The translations under genes and the position numbers were made by a program. A DNA stretch of 63,599 nucleotides, filler included, from Octopus bimaculoides (Eukaryota), in assembly GCF_001194135.2 (NCBI RefSeq). It is 6 parts of 6 records of this genome, joined end to end, with 100 filler letters (N's around TTAATTAATTAA, not from the genome) between each part and the next. Parts side by side here need not be neighbours in the genome. Positions count along the whole stretch, not along the records: positions 33,663 to 49,615 come from NC_068985.1; positions 49,716 to 59,534 come from NC_068984.1; 4 more parts are not named here. One strand, given 5' to 3'. The notes beneath the pieces are model-generated. The model was not told the origin of the DNA. It did no database searches and saw nothing but the letters and a program-made list of their open reading frames with translations. Positions within the stretch are counted from its first letter, which is position 1. The number at the start of each line of letters is the position of its first letter. Below are positions 39,480 to 52,688 of this stretch, one piece after another.

Positions 39480-39901
39480 TGTATGTATGTATGTATGTAT
39501 GTATGTAGGTATGTATGTATGCATGTATCTGTATGTGTTCATATGTGTATGTAAGTTTGTACGTTTTAGTCTGGTTGAGTGGTTCTGTGAAATGTGGTCG
39601 GTAGGTACAACTGACAAGTCTCGCGATCAAATGTTCCCTACCCTAGTTTCGCACTTGGAGACCCGTTAGGCTGAAGTCAGTTACGCACAGGGACCAATAT
39701 GAGCTTTTATGGAACCATTTAAAAAAACCCTTAATTTTTAGCATTCAACATTGTTTATGTTGATCGATGTTGGGATGCTTTTATTTTGTTTATTCCTATG
39801 TTTGTTAAGAAATTGACAGCTAAACGTGCATACATTCATACATACATACATAATATAGATATATCCATACATATATATATCTATATCATATATATATATC
39901 T

Positions 39902-39932
<31 letters not shown>

Positions 39933-40842
39933 NNNNNNNNNNNNNNNNNNNNNNNNNNNNNNNNNNNNNNNNNNNNNNNNNNNNNNNNNNNNNNNNNNNN
40001 NNNNNNNNNNNNNNNNNNNNNNNNNNNNNNNNNNNNNNNNNNNNNNNNNNNNNNNNNNNNNNNNNNNNNNNNNNNNNNNNNNNNNNNNNNNNNNNNNNNN
40101 NNNNNNNNNNNNNNNNNNNNNNNNNNNNNNNNNNNNNNNNNNNNNNNNNNNNNNNNNNNNNNNNNNNNNNNNNNNNNNNNNNNNNNNNNNNNNNNNNNNN
40201 NNNNNNNNNNNNNNNNNNNNNNNNNNNNNNNNNNNNNNNNNNNNNNNNNNNNNNNNNNNNNNNNNNNNNNNNNNNNNNNNNNNNNNNNNNNNNNNNNNNN
40301 NNNNNNNNNNNNNNNNNNNNNNNNNNNNNNNNNNNNNNNNNNNNNNNNNNNNNNNNNNNNNNNNNNNNNNNNNNNNNNNNNNNNNNNNNNNNNNNNNNNN
40401 NNNNNNNNNNNNNNNNNNNNNNNNNNNNNNNNNNNNNNNNNNNNNNNNNNNNNNNNNNNNNNNNNNNNNNNNNNNNNNNNNNNNNNNNNNNNNNNNNNNN
40501 NNNNNNNNNNNNNNNNNNNNNNNNNNNNNNNNNNNNNNNNNNNNNNNNNNNNNNNNNNNNNNNNNNNNNNNNNNNNNNNNNNNNNNNNNNNNNNNNNNNN
40601 NNNNNNNNNNNNNNNNNNNNNNNNNNNNNNNNNNNNNNNNNNNNNNNNNNNNNNNNNNNNNNNNNNNNNNNNNNNNNNNNNNNNNNNNNNNNNNNNNNNN
40701 NNNNNNNNNNNNNNNNNNNNNNNNNNNNNNNNNNTATAGAGAGAGAGAGAGAGAGAGATAGATAGATAGATAGATAGATGCATGTATATTTACGTGTATG
40801 TATAACCACACACATACATGCATGTATTTATGTTTACGCAAT

Positions 40843-40892
<50 letters not shown>

Positions 40893-41559
40893 AATGCATA
40901 TATCCGTTTTGTATTTTATTTTACAATTCACTCCTACATTCCTACATATGATAAGCGTTTGAAAGACTTCTGAAACAAACAGATAAAATGTATCTGTTTA
41001 TTAGTTGTAGTATAATTACTGTTTTCAAAGTGATAAACTTGTAGTCGTCGTTGTTTCGCCTCAGGTCTCCTATGATCAAGCAGACCTATGATCAATATGG
41101 TCTAGTCAAGCAATAATACAATCGTTAGCATCTCAAAAACATAGATCTAACAATTGCACGCTTCTCTTATTGTCTATATCCAACAATGAACTCATCGTTT
41201 ACTGGTATCCGTCAACGACCAGCTGGCCAGCCTACTGAACTAATCTCCACCCATTCTATATCAGTTATAGTAAAGATGTAATCGAAACCACAATGACTTA
41301 TTTAACGACGAAAGTTTTATATAATCCAGTCGCTTACCTTGCAGTGCTAAGTTCAACTCCAAGTGAGAGTATCAGAAGCCACGTGGTCTAACTGCATGAG
41401 TCGATGAGTTAAATTGACTCAATTTACTCATGTTCCATTTATGCAGTTCTGATTACAAACTACGTGTAGATGTATTTATTCCTTAATATAGTAGGTCTAC
41501 TTGGTATCTACCACAATGTTTATAATGTATATATTAAATAAAATACAAGAGACACCATG

Positions 41560-42121
41560 TGATGAATCGTATCATTCATGCTAGTACAGCGGCATTGTAA
41601 CAGAACAGGCGACAAAGTTAAAATGATTTCACATCAAAAATATATATTTCTTCATATCTGTTTTACGCCGATGTATTCACAGAATAACATAACGAAAATT
41701 ACTTTTTATTCATGGAAGATGGGACTTCATGCCACACAGCGAAAAGGAATCAACAATGGCTGATTGAAAATGGGATCAAAAAGCTTCCTTGGCCGAGCCA
41801 ATCTCCTGACATGAACCCAATCGAAAATCTTTGGAGCATACTAGATATAGCTATACGAAGAACTCAACAGAAACCTAAATCTAAAGATAAATTGTTTCGA
41901 TTGTTTCGTGAAAAGTGGGCAGAAATTCCACAAGATTCAATCACAAAGGTCATCAGTTCAATGCCAAAAGGAGTTTCTGAATTAAAAACTGCAAAGGGAA
42001 TGTCAACTAAATACTAAAGTATGTAGCCCTGCCTATCGATTACATTTCACTTTTTCGCTTTGCGTATTAAATGAAAGATTTTGAAAATTAAAGGTGTCTG
42101 TTTACTTCCTGCATGTCTGTG
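41560..42121 (+). mobile_element. Tc1-like transposon 3' part (DDE C-terminus plus right TIR)
   Basis: FMEDGTSCHTAK...LPWPSQSPDMNPIENLW...SMPK...KGMSTKY*. Right TIR 42088-42121 followed by TA at 42122-42123. Confidence 0.88.
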
Positions 42122-43293
42122 TAAATGCCTACCACCAACACCGTCATCACTATGTAGGTGACATCAACCTTCGGTATTTCCCTTTCAACTTTATTGCAAG
42201 GAAAATTGTCGTTAAAATTTTAATAAAATTACTATCAGTTTCATTGTAATTTAACATTCACAGAAACAACACATCGAAATGACGAATGAATAGGTCTCTT
42301 CGTAGCTTCTCATGCTTCAGACATAGCACATAAGATTCCCCCCGTCCGCGCACACACAGACATAAAATCACGGCATATTCCCTGGTGAAAGCAAGGACGC
42401 ATAGCACTATCTCCCAGACATGCAAAAACATAGGATATTTACGACCAGAACGACTTAAATCGCACATACGCTCAGTCAAAATATGACCATTGTTAAATAA
42501 TAAACAATAACAACCATTGTAACATGCGCAACAACGAATGAATCAAACGCAACAAGTGCGACAATCACAGTTCTTTATAATAACCAACTCCACAAAATCG
42601 AAAAAAATAATAACCACAGTGCCACGTACAAAACACATTGACAACAAACCAAATGACAGAATATCATTCAACACCACCGCCATAATAATGACAGCCCGCA
42701 GACAAATGAATAACAGCAGAAAATAAATAAGTAAATACGTCAAAATCATCTAAACAGAAGCTATTGTGATCAGCTGTATTGTGTAGTCTTGCTATTATTA
42801 TCGTAGCAAATTCTGCTTTTTGACACCTATAGCTTACCACACCATCTATTAACCAATCACAGGTGATTAATCATAGATAAATAGAAAACAAATGAAAAAG
42901 ACACCGAGTAATTTTATTGTAAATTAGAACGAACCAACATGCTTTTGTCTTTCAATGCTTCAATGAACTAGACATTCCCGCTGCCTCAGAAAATAGACAA
43001 AAGCTAAAGAGATAATGGAAGTGATTGCCATTTGTACTGTTTGATTAAAAGAACGGTTGATTTGGCACGGAATATCTTGACAGTGTTGATTTCAGAGGGC
43101 CTCGATTTATTTTGTTTGTTTATATCTTATGGCTTGATTACATTTACATCACATTTGAACCATTCACACACACGCATACACACATGCATACACACACACA
43201 CACTTACACACACATTGTTGACGTCAAAAGTAATTTAGAAATTTCGCGGATGTGAAATAATTCTTTATTATTATTATTATCATTATTATTATC

Positions 43294-43334
<41 letters not shown>

Positions 43335-45933
43335 CATTGGAACACTAAATGTCGTAGCAGAAAGTTTCGAGATTCACTGTTCACAAAAGAATGCAGGTTC
43401 TTGAAGTTTCTAAATTCTTCTCTTGTCAATAACATATAATTCTCGAGGGTAAGAACTACGTTTCTACAATGGAGAGTGAAAGGGTTTCTGCGATCCAATG
43501 GCAAAACGCCTGAAATGTTTACCGGTGTACATTTGATTCACACTCGCAATTTTCGAATCCAAGGATGTCTAACCCTGTATCTACATGCCATTATTTATAG
43601 CTTCACTGCTTCGAGATTCACTCTTTCAATATACATAAATATATATTAACATAGTGTTAAAAAATGCAGAATTGCTTCAGTAGCATCTGATACGTGTCTA
43701 GCCGTTGTGGCGACTTATGCATGTATATGTATGTATTTATATATACATATATACATATACATGTATTAGAAGTACATATGTTATATGGGAAGGGTCATAC
43801 GTTAAAGAAGAGAAAATGAACCCCTGATTAAATTCGATTAAAAACAGGCAAATAATTAACTAATTTTTTTTTATACACCTTATTACTTGATGGATCACCT
43901 GTCAATATTTCCTTTTGTCGTTTCATTCTTTTCTAATAAAAATCCTTATACTTTCGGGGGTTTCTTTTTATACGCTTTCCAACTTGTCAACTTTTTTCTT
44001 GATTTGACGTTTGTGAAGTTTATTACTTCGTTTTTCTTAGTCGATTATTTTTCTCACATTGCTTATATGTCACTGAGTATAATTTTTTGGCATCAATGCA
44101 AATTAAAAGAAATGACAACGACAAAATATATATCTTTAGTTAAAAAAATAATTTTTTAAATCTGTGAGCCAAACTGAAGCCATCCCTAATAATTATTGGG
44201 TTGACCGGATTTTGGGGTTATTGTTACAATTTTGTTCCAATTGTTTCCAAATTTAGTATATGGATTAAGTTTTGTATACTAATTCTGAAAAAGAAACACA
44301 ATTTTCCTATAAATCTATAATTAAAAAGTTATTAACCTTTAAAATTTGCAAAATTTGGGCATTTTAGTCAATTAGCAGTGCGTATTTTACATATCATTGT
44401 GAAGAAAATTTCTATTTCCATAGTAACCAAAGCAAAGTAGCACCACCTGTTGCATAGAAGATTGCAAAGAACTTTTTCCATAGTAACCAAAGATGCTGCG
44501 CATGCACACAAGGAAGAAAAGGAGATACGAGAAAGTTAATCAATTTTATAAAATCCTAGTTTAATGTTTTGACATGCCGATGTCCCCCTCTTCCTGATGA
44601 TGGAAGAGGCAGTGAACGTGTAGTTTTCTAATTGGCAGAAAATTCTGAAAATTGCCAATAGTTGAATACCTGTAACATTCTTACAAAACTTTGCTGAAAT
44701 AAATGAATAACAAATTAGGATTCAGCGTGAAAAATTACATCTATACGATTTATTAAACATTTTTTAAAAAGATAATTGTAAACAGTAACGAAAGATCCAG
44801 TTGGCCAAAATGTTTGGATTTTCAGCATAAATGTGGCACACATTAGAAGCACAAAATGATTTATTTAATCAACGAGCTCATTACAATTTTATGTACAAAG
44901 TTTACATTAGTTGGCGTCGTCTCCTCATCTTGACAGGAACCAGATACTGCTGTCAAGCATCTCTCCGAGAGACGGGTCGGTTTGACATTTTACCCGAAGT
45001 GACAGTGAATTATTTGCACCGTCCCAAATTCTGTGGATATTACCATAAATATAAAGGTAAGGAGAGTATACAGTAGGAGAAAACAAGATGATCTAATTAT
45101 CTTGAAACCACTTTGTGACGCAGACAATTTGTCAGGATGAGCTTCTAGTTCTCTTGAGTCAGCCAGGTCACTGGATCCATTCTCTTCAGATTGAAATATG
45201 TGGTACACGGAAGGGTAGTCAACATTGATGCTGCCTTTTTACATTTTTGTTGCTCATATTAGAAGTACATTCACTAAAGAACCAAAATTGAAATAGAGCA
45301 TAGATTGAGCTATACAGATTGAGATCATCGCTAAATTCGATGGACAACCGTAAGCATATGGTTGCGTGTAAAAGGTGTACATATGATAACATCACTGACT
45401 TCGGTGTACAATAATAATCATAAGCATATCTGGGAATATGTGTAGGTGTGATGTATGCGTGTGTGTGTGTGAAAATTTATATTAATATATATATTATGGC
45501 TAGTAACAAACATTTCTTTTATAGCTAAATGAAAGCAATGCTTGAAAGTAGGTTTAGTGTAATAACTAACACAGACTAATGTACTAAGCAGCACTGGTAA
45601 ATTGACAATTNNNNNNNNNNNNNNNNNNNNNNNNNNNNNNNNNNNNNNNNNNNNNNNNNNNNNNNNNNNNNNNNNNNNNNNNNNNNNNNNNNNNNNNNNN
45701 NNNNNNNNNNNNNNNNNNNNNNNNNNNNNNNNNNNNNNNNNNNNNNNNNNNNNNNNNNNNNNNNNNNNNNNNNNNNNNNNNNNNNNNNNNNNNNNNNNNN
45801 NNNNNNNNNNNNNNNNNNNNNNNNNNNNNNNNNNNNNNNNNNNNNNNNNNNNNNNNNNNNNNNNNNNNNNNNNNNNNNNNNNNNNNNNNNNNNNNNNNNN
45901 NNNNNNNNNNNNNNNNNNNNNNNNNNNNNNNNN

Positions 45934-45996
<63 letters not shown>

Positions 45997-46004
45997 CTTA
46001 TATC

Positions 46005-46040
<36 letters not shown>

Positions 46041-46624
46041 TATACACATATATATACAGCCGTTGGAGGTGTGAGTGGATGTGTTTATACATATATATGT
46101 ATATTGTTATGTAAGTATATGAGCGAGGATATATATGGGTAGGTTTGTGTGTGCATGCGTGTTCGTGTGCGTATGTGTGTATGTGTGGGTGGCGGGCGCA
46201 TGTGTGTGTGTGTGTGAGTATCTACAACATTTGTATGTGCATAGGCGTATGTTACCTATACTTATTATGAAGCAGTGTAGTAACAGTAATTTGCTAAGAA
46301 TGTGTGTAATTACTACCCAAACATAATGGACAGAATTAATTAAATTACATCAAATTTATCATCAATAATCAAATGAAGCATGGTCTCGCCTGTTTTATCG
46401 AAACAAAATGGGAAATAAATTTTGTCTGTCCTTATATCAAAGCAACACTGAGATAATTATTTATCTTGTCATTCACATGTTTACAAGTGAAAACCTCAGG
46501 ATATTAGTTTTGATACACAAAACTAGATTATACCGATAAATATATAAATAGATAGATCGATAACACACATATACACACACACGCACACACACATACATAC
46601 ATATATATATACATACATACTTAC

Positions 46625-46665
<41 letters not shown>

Positions 46666-47154
46666 NNNNNNNNNNNNNNNNNNNNNNNNNNNNNNNNNNN
46701 NNNNNNNNNNNNNNNNNNNNNNNNNNNNNNNNNNNNNNNNNNNNNNNNNNNNNNNNNNNNNNNNNNNNNNNNNNNNNNNNNNNNNNNNNNNNNNNNNNNN
46801 NNNNNNNNNNNNNNNNNNNNNNNNNNNNNNNNNNNNNNNNNNNNNNNNNNNNNNNNNNNNNNNNNNNNNNNNNNNNNNNNNNNNNNNNNNNNNNNNNNNN
46901 NNNNNNNNNNNNNNNNNNNNNNNNNNNNNNNNNNNNNNNNNNNNNNNNNNNNNNNNNNNNNNNNNNNNNNNNNNNNNNNNNNNNNNNNNNNNNNNNNNNN
47001 NNNNNNNNNNNNNNNNNNNNNNNNNNNNNNNNNNNNNNNNNNNNNNNNNNNNNNNNNNNNNNNNNNNNNNNNNNNNNNNNNNNNNNNNNNNNNNNNNNNN
47101 NNNNNNNNNNNNNNNNNNNNNNNNNNNNNNNNNNNNNNNNNNNNNNNNNNNNNN

Positions 47155-47207
<53 letters not shown>

Positions 47208-47990
47208 TCATTAGACGCACACTCATTTCTAGCTTGTTTAATCCGAAATATATGAGAAACACATGGTCACAACACTTTCATCCTATAACTCCTAATAATA
47301 TATAATATACAATGAACTGCAATAACAGTCTAATTAATAAATTTAGGACACAGTCAGAGAACAATTATGAAAATTACACAAACATAGACACATACAACAC
47401 ATATGGACAGACACATGCAAGTCAGAACTCGCACATAAAAACACACATGCATACTTATGTATGTTTGTGTCTATGTACATATAATAGAATAAAGTTATCG
47501 ACAAGCAAACAAATGATATCAAGACAGATTATAGCATTTATATATTTATGCATTGATATTACTTCAGGGCAAAATTGGATGTTATAGGAGTTTGTACCAC
47601 AAGAGATCAATAAACGATCGGTTGAGGAATGTTCATTATGGCTGCAATATATGCTGGTATTTTCTTGGAAGCTGTGACATTTTAATTGCGGTCCAAGTTG
47701 ATGTTTAGGCAAGAAATCAACCTGAGCACTAATTTCATGTACCTATTATCTTATTATCTTACGTCATCAGTCGTAATATTACATTAAATCTGCATATATA
47801 CATAGATTCGTACATACATATATACATACATACATGCATGCATACATGCATGCTTACATATATATATATATTGTTTTGGATGTATGTGTGTGTGTTTGTG
47901 AATGGGTATGTGTATGTATGAATGTGTGAGTATATGCTTATTTAAGATAATATTTCGTCATATATGTATATACACACACGCAAACATATA

Positions 47991-48224
47991 CTCTTTTACT
48001 CTTTCACTTCTTTCAGTTATTTGACTGTGGCCATGCTGTAACACCGCCTTTACTCAAGTAAATCGACCCCAGGACTTATTCTTTGGAAGCCTAGTATTTA
48101 TTCTATCGGTCTCTTTTGCCGAACCCCTAAGTTACAGGGACCTAAACACACCAGCATCGATTGTCAAGTGATGTTGGGTGGGGGCAAACACAGACACACA
48201 AACATATACACACGCATACATACA

Positions 48225-48256
<32 letters not shown>

Positions 48257-48401
48257 GACATATATACGACGGGCTTCTTTCAGTTTCCGTCTACCAAATC
48301 CACTCACAAGGCTTTGGTCGGCCCAAAGACACTTACCCAAGGTGCCACGCAGTGAGACTGAACCCGGAACCATTTGGTTGGTAAGCAAGCTACTTACCAC
48401 A
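47991..48401 (-). mobile_element. SINE family A, missing about the first 15 nt where the PLE fragment abuts
   Basis: Reverse-complement match along the length; internal (CATA)n. Confidence 0.85.
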
Positions 48402-48951
48402 GGTTGTGGACTCGTTTGAAGGAGGGGAGGGGGTCGGTTAGGACTTTTGTGCGAAGTGGAGCGGTCGGACTGGAGTAGCCGGAAGGCTCGGAGAATGGTG
48501 CGTTGTAGAGGTAGGTAGGTGGGGTAGTAGGTGAGAGGAAACGGGAAACGGGTGACGGCGGGGCGGGTACGAGGAGAGAAAGCAGATGCACGGTCCACGG
48601 AACGTGCTCTGGCAAGAACGGTGTGGATAGTGGTGATGAGATATCTACGTAGGATGAAGTGGCGAGCCATGTGTTGAGACTGAGTCTCGAAGTTATGGTC
48701 GTCACTGCCGAGCCTGCGTAGACGGAGGAATTGGGAACAGGGGATGGAGAGCTTGGTGTGTTTAGGGTGGGAGGAGGAGAAGTTGAGGTATGACTGTGAG
48801 TCTGTTTGTAGTGGATGGAGGTGGTGAGAGTGGAGTGATGAATGCTGACCGAAATGTCAAGAAAGGCGACTGAAGTGTCGGAAATAGTGCAGAAGTGGAG
48901 GACAGGATGGAAAGATTTGACAAAGGAGAGGAAGGACTCCATATGGAATCT
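48402..48951 (-). mobile_element. Penelope-like element, RT thumb/linker fragment (GC-rich)
   Basis: ESFLSFVKSFHPVLHF...SVAFLDISVSI...LTTSIHYK; FPFPLTYYP...ILRAFRLLQSD; PLPSFKRVHNL, all typical PLE motifs, with frameshifts. Confidence 0.8.
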
Positions 48952-49310
48952 AGGTTCACAGCACAGAAGGATACCATGACTGTATCTTCATTGATCTTAT
49001 TGGGGAGATGGTTTAACATATCTAGATCATTTCTGAGGAACCTTTTGATATATTTATGAAGGAGTTTCAATAGGATGTAACGAAATTTGCTTAAGTGGTG
49101 GGTTTCACATGATTGGTCAGTTACAATAAGTATAAGCTCCATATCTCGTAGTTATTATACATTGCAAATGTCCGATGATCCATTGCAGGCTTCAATAATT
49201 TCCCGGATATTGTAGATTTTTGTAAACCATAGAAAAGATGACTTTTTCGATAGAACCATGTCCACGTAAGTGAAGTGAGGATGAGAAATGATCCTTTATT
49301 TTCTGTCATT
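48952..49310 (-). mobile_element. Penelope-like element, RT N-terminal fragment (AT-rich)
   Basis: FYGLQK (FYGLPKIHK-like); SCETHHLSKF..ILLK...RNDLDMLNHLP...VMVSFCAVNL (LVSFDVxxLY-like). Confidence 0.7.
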
Positions 49311-49419
49311 TATAGGCTTCAACATTTTTTGCAGTAGGAATCGTTTTTTAGCGTAGACTATCCTAGTTACTTGTAGTATTCTGTGTAGACTATCTAAATC
49401 AATACTCTATTTAATAAAT

Positions 49420-49458
<39 letters not shown>

Positions 49459-50314
49459 CATACATACGCATGTATCTGTATATATTTATGTGCGTATGTT
49501 TATGTGTGTGTACGTATGTATGTATGTATGTATGTATGTACGTATGTATTTATCTATCTAGCTAGCTAGCTAGCTAGCTAGCTATGCATGCATGGATGCA
49601 TGCATGTATATATATNNNNNNNNNNNNNNNNNNNNNNNNNNNNNNNNNNNNNNNNNNNNTTAATTAATTAANNNNNNNNNNNNNNNNNNNNNNNNNNNNN
49701 NNNNNNNNNNNNNNNGTGGTGGTGGAGATGTTGGTGCTGGTAGTATTGGTGGCGGTGGTGGCGGTGGTGGTGGTGCTGGTGACGGCGGTGGTGGCGGTGG
49801 TGGTATTACGTGTTACGGTTGTAGTGGTGTTTAACACTATGACAGCTCTCATCGAACAGATTTATGATAAAAGGTGACCATCCCTTCTTTCCTTAATCGT
49901 TGTGTACATCATATTAAAACCAACCAGTTGCATTTCCCTTCCTTTTAAACAGCAAAATGTGATTTGAAAGAGATTTACCTGCTATTTACCTGGCCGTCGA
50001 AAACGTAGAAGTTCTTCCGCTGATTTGCAACTGAGTTGTTTTGATGATGTCATTAAGACCAAGTCAACTCTGTGTGGGGTCGCAGCCAGAGACTAAAAAG
50101 TAAACGATTTGAAGGTCAGCGAATCTTTCGACCGTGTTGTTTAAGGAGCACCATGCGTCTATTGCTTTTGGGGTTGGTGACTTTCTGCTCACACCCGTGT
50201 GCTGTGTGCTGATGGAGTCCCCTCTGAATCTCATTCTATGGCATACCTGCACAAATGTGTCCCCACCGATTTCGTTTCCTCGTAACTTAGAGAAAAAAAA
50301 TGGGTACTTTTTTA

Positions 50315-50709
50315 GGCGCAGGAGTGGCTGTGTGGTAAGATAGCTTGCCTACCAACCGCATGGTTCCGGGTTCAGTCCCATTGTGTGGCACCTTGGGCAA
50401 GTGTCTTCTGCTATAGCCACGGGCCGACCAAAGCCTTGTGAGTGGATTTGGTAGACGGAAACTGAAAGAAGCCCGTCGTGTATATGTATATATATATGTG
50501 TGTGTGTGTGTTTGTTCCCCACCATCGCTTGACAACCGATGCTGGTGTGTTTACGTTCCCGTAACTTAGCGGTTCGGCAAAAGAGACCGATAGAATAAGT
50601 ACTAGGCTTACAAAGAATAAGTCCTGGCGTCGATTTGCTCGACTAAAGGCGGTGCTCCAGCATGGCCGCAGTCAAATGACTGAAGCAAGTAAAAGAGTAA
50701 AGAGTAAAT
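50315..50709 (+). mobile_element. SINE family A (tRNA-derived head, CORE-like centre, internal microsatellite), full-length gap-free copy
   Basis: A-box-like GTGGCTGTGTGG, B-box GGTTCAGTCCC, CCTTGGGCAAGTG CORE-like motif, internal (TA)n(TG)n, and a 3' tail ending AGTAAAAG repeats. Many copies in this window. Confidence 0.85.
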
Positions 50710-50949
50710 ACTTTTCAGGTAGTGTAGCTTACGATTGTATCAGAATTTAATATGATTAAAAAAAAAAGTTAGTGGGCTCACACGCATATATACTAACGCA
50801 CAATTGTTAACCCTGGTGTGCGTCAGGGTTCGGTTTTTGTCCCACTTACTCTTCCTTCTGTATTTGCGATTATCTCAAATACCAAACACACACGCTTTTA
50901 GTCAAATGATACTACTCTTCATTCCTCCGTAACCTTCATCCAAAATTCC

Positions 50950-51420
50950 ACATGCAGCCTAGATACCTCATTCCAAATCTGCACTGAATTGATGAACAGA
51001 GACTTCAGAAACATCATCCAACGAATCCATACCAATCTTGATTTCCTCAACGCATTTACTATGTACATCAAGACAAGACTGTCGAACCGCATCCTCTAAA
51101 ACACGAGTAACACGTAACTAGAGCACTCGTTATTGTTTCAAATGCTAGACCTCACTATCACTGAAGATTTCTTCTAGCAAACTCACTTCTTTAACATAAG
51201 AAAGATTGCACTTTAAAGGGTGCTCTTCCTTTTTCGAGAGACATAAAATACTTCAGCTCGCAACAAATCGTTAACACTCTACAAATCCCAGCGAGGTCAA
51301 CACTGGTGTGCAGATCCTATATTTAGGATAACACTGCCTGTACACACACTGATATCTTAGACTGCATCCAGATAAAGGCCACTCACCGTATAATTCCGAA
51401 TGAACAGCAAAGAACCTATA
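50950..51420 (+). mobile_element. Highly decayed CR1/L2-group LINE RT C-terminal fragment
   Basis: Broken frames read YFSSQQIVNTL...THTDILDCIQIKA, preceded by LTITEDF..QTH...IRKIA..RVLF, resembling the LINE thumb region. Confidence 0.5.
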
Positions 51421-52648
51421 AGAGACAGGACATCAGACCAAGATCTCGAGAGTCAAGAAGAGATTGTCGTTGTTGATATTGCTGCTGCTGCTGCTGCTGT
51501 TGTTGTTGTTGTTGTTGTTGTTGCTGTTTAGTTCTAACTCAGCCCTGATCGAGCAGAATGGTAAAATCTGTCCTAGCCTTAATCAACTCGTCGGTTTCAG
51601 AATCTTCTCAGGCACAATATATCTTGGACTCTAATTTCCAGTGTGCCTTTTAATGACATACAATATTATTGTCGTTTAATAATATCCAATATCATCTAAT
51701 GTATCTTTTAGGGAAGGGGATCCGACACAGCCCTCCCTTTCAAAAAAAAAAGAAAAAAGCATCACAGCCCCATTTTAGAAGGCACAGCCCCTTCCGGTAC
51801 CCAACAGCCGTCTTGTTCTGCCTTACCAAATTTCCCTCGAGGACTATGAAGACGAAACCTTTTACATTTGAAATACTTAATAAAATGCAAAAATGTTCTT
51901 GAAAATGTTACAGAGTAAGCCATGGTCATAAAGGGGCTGCAACGGAAGGCCATGAAAGTGTTCTGCTCTATTTTGTATAAGTATGTCTCTTGGCTACCGA
52001 AAATAAGGTTGGACAATTGACGTGCTGATGACGGTTATTTGGACAGAAACACGTGCCAATGACTATCCTTTTCTCTCCAGACAATAAGCATGTCTTATTC
52101 TGGAATATCAATTTTGAAGAATACTTGAAATTATCTCCTCTTCTCATATGGGGCTGGTCTTAATTACCATTTGGTAATTATGATGCAGCTTCTAGAGGTG
52201 GAGATAATTTTAATAAATTAAGAATTTATGTCGTATGGTATTTGAAATAACTATATTTGTCTAAGTTCTTCAAATACAATCTACTGGGTCACTCAGAGTT
52301 ACTTCCATTAACTCGTTTTTGTTTAAATTATGAAAATTAGCTTTAAGGGAGCTATATGTATTACAAGCAAACAAAACACGAAAAATATTTCCGCAACAAA
52401 AGTATCAAATGTTAGCAACTCATTGGAAATTTTTTTTTCTTCAAAACCTACTGAACTGGGTCGCTATGGTAAAAGGTTGGTTGGTAACAATTGGTGGAGA
52501 GGCTCCTTGTCGGCTCGTGTTGTTGTTGTTGTTGTTGTTGTTGTTGTAATTATTTCGTGGCGGTAGTGATGGTGGCGGCGATTCGGGGTTTTGGTGTCAG
52601 TGTCCTACTTTCCATTCCCAGTGGTACTCTGAGTTGCAAACACAAGCT

Positions 52649-52688
<40 letters not shown>

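Noticed and set aside
39786-40841. Long ORFs with X runs (also near 5.5, 9.2, 26.5, 46, 58 and 60 kb)
   Set aside because: Read-through of N gaps plus (TA)n/(CA)n.
44990-45240. Protein-looking minus frame GSINVDYPSVYHIFQSEENGSSDLADSRELEAHPDK
   Set aside because: In-frame stop just upstream, no credible splice sites, no recognisable family.
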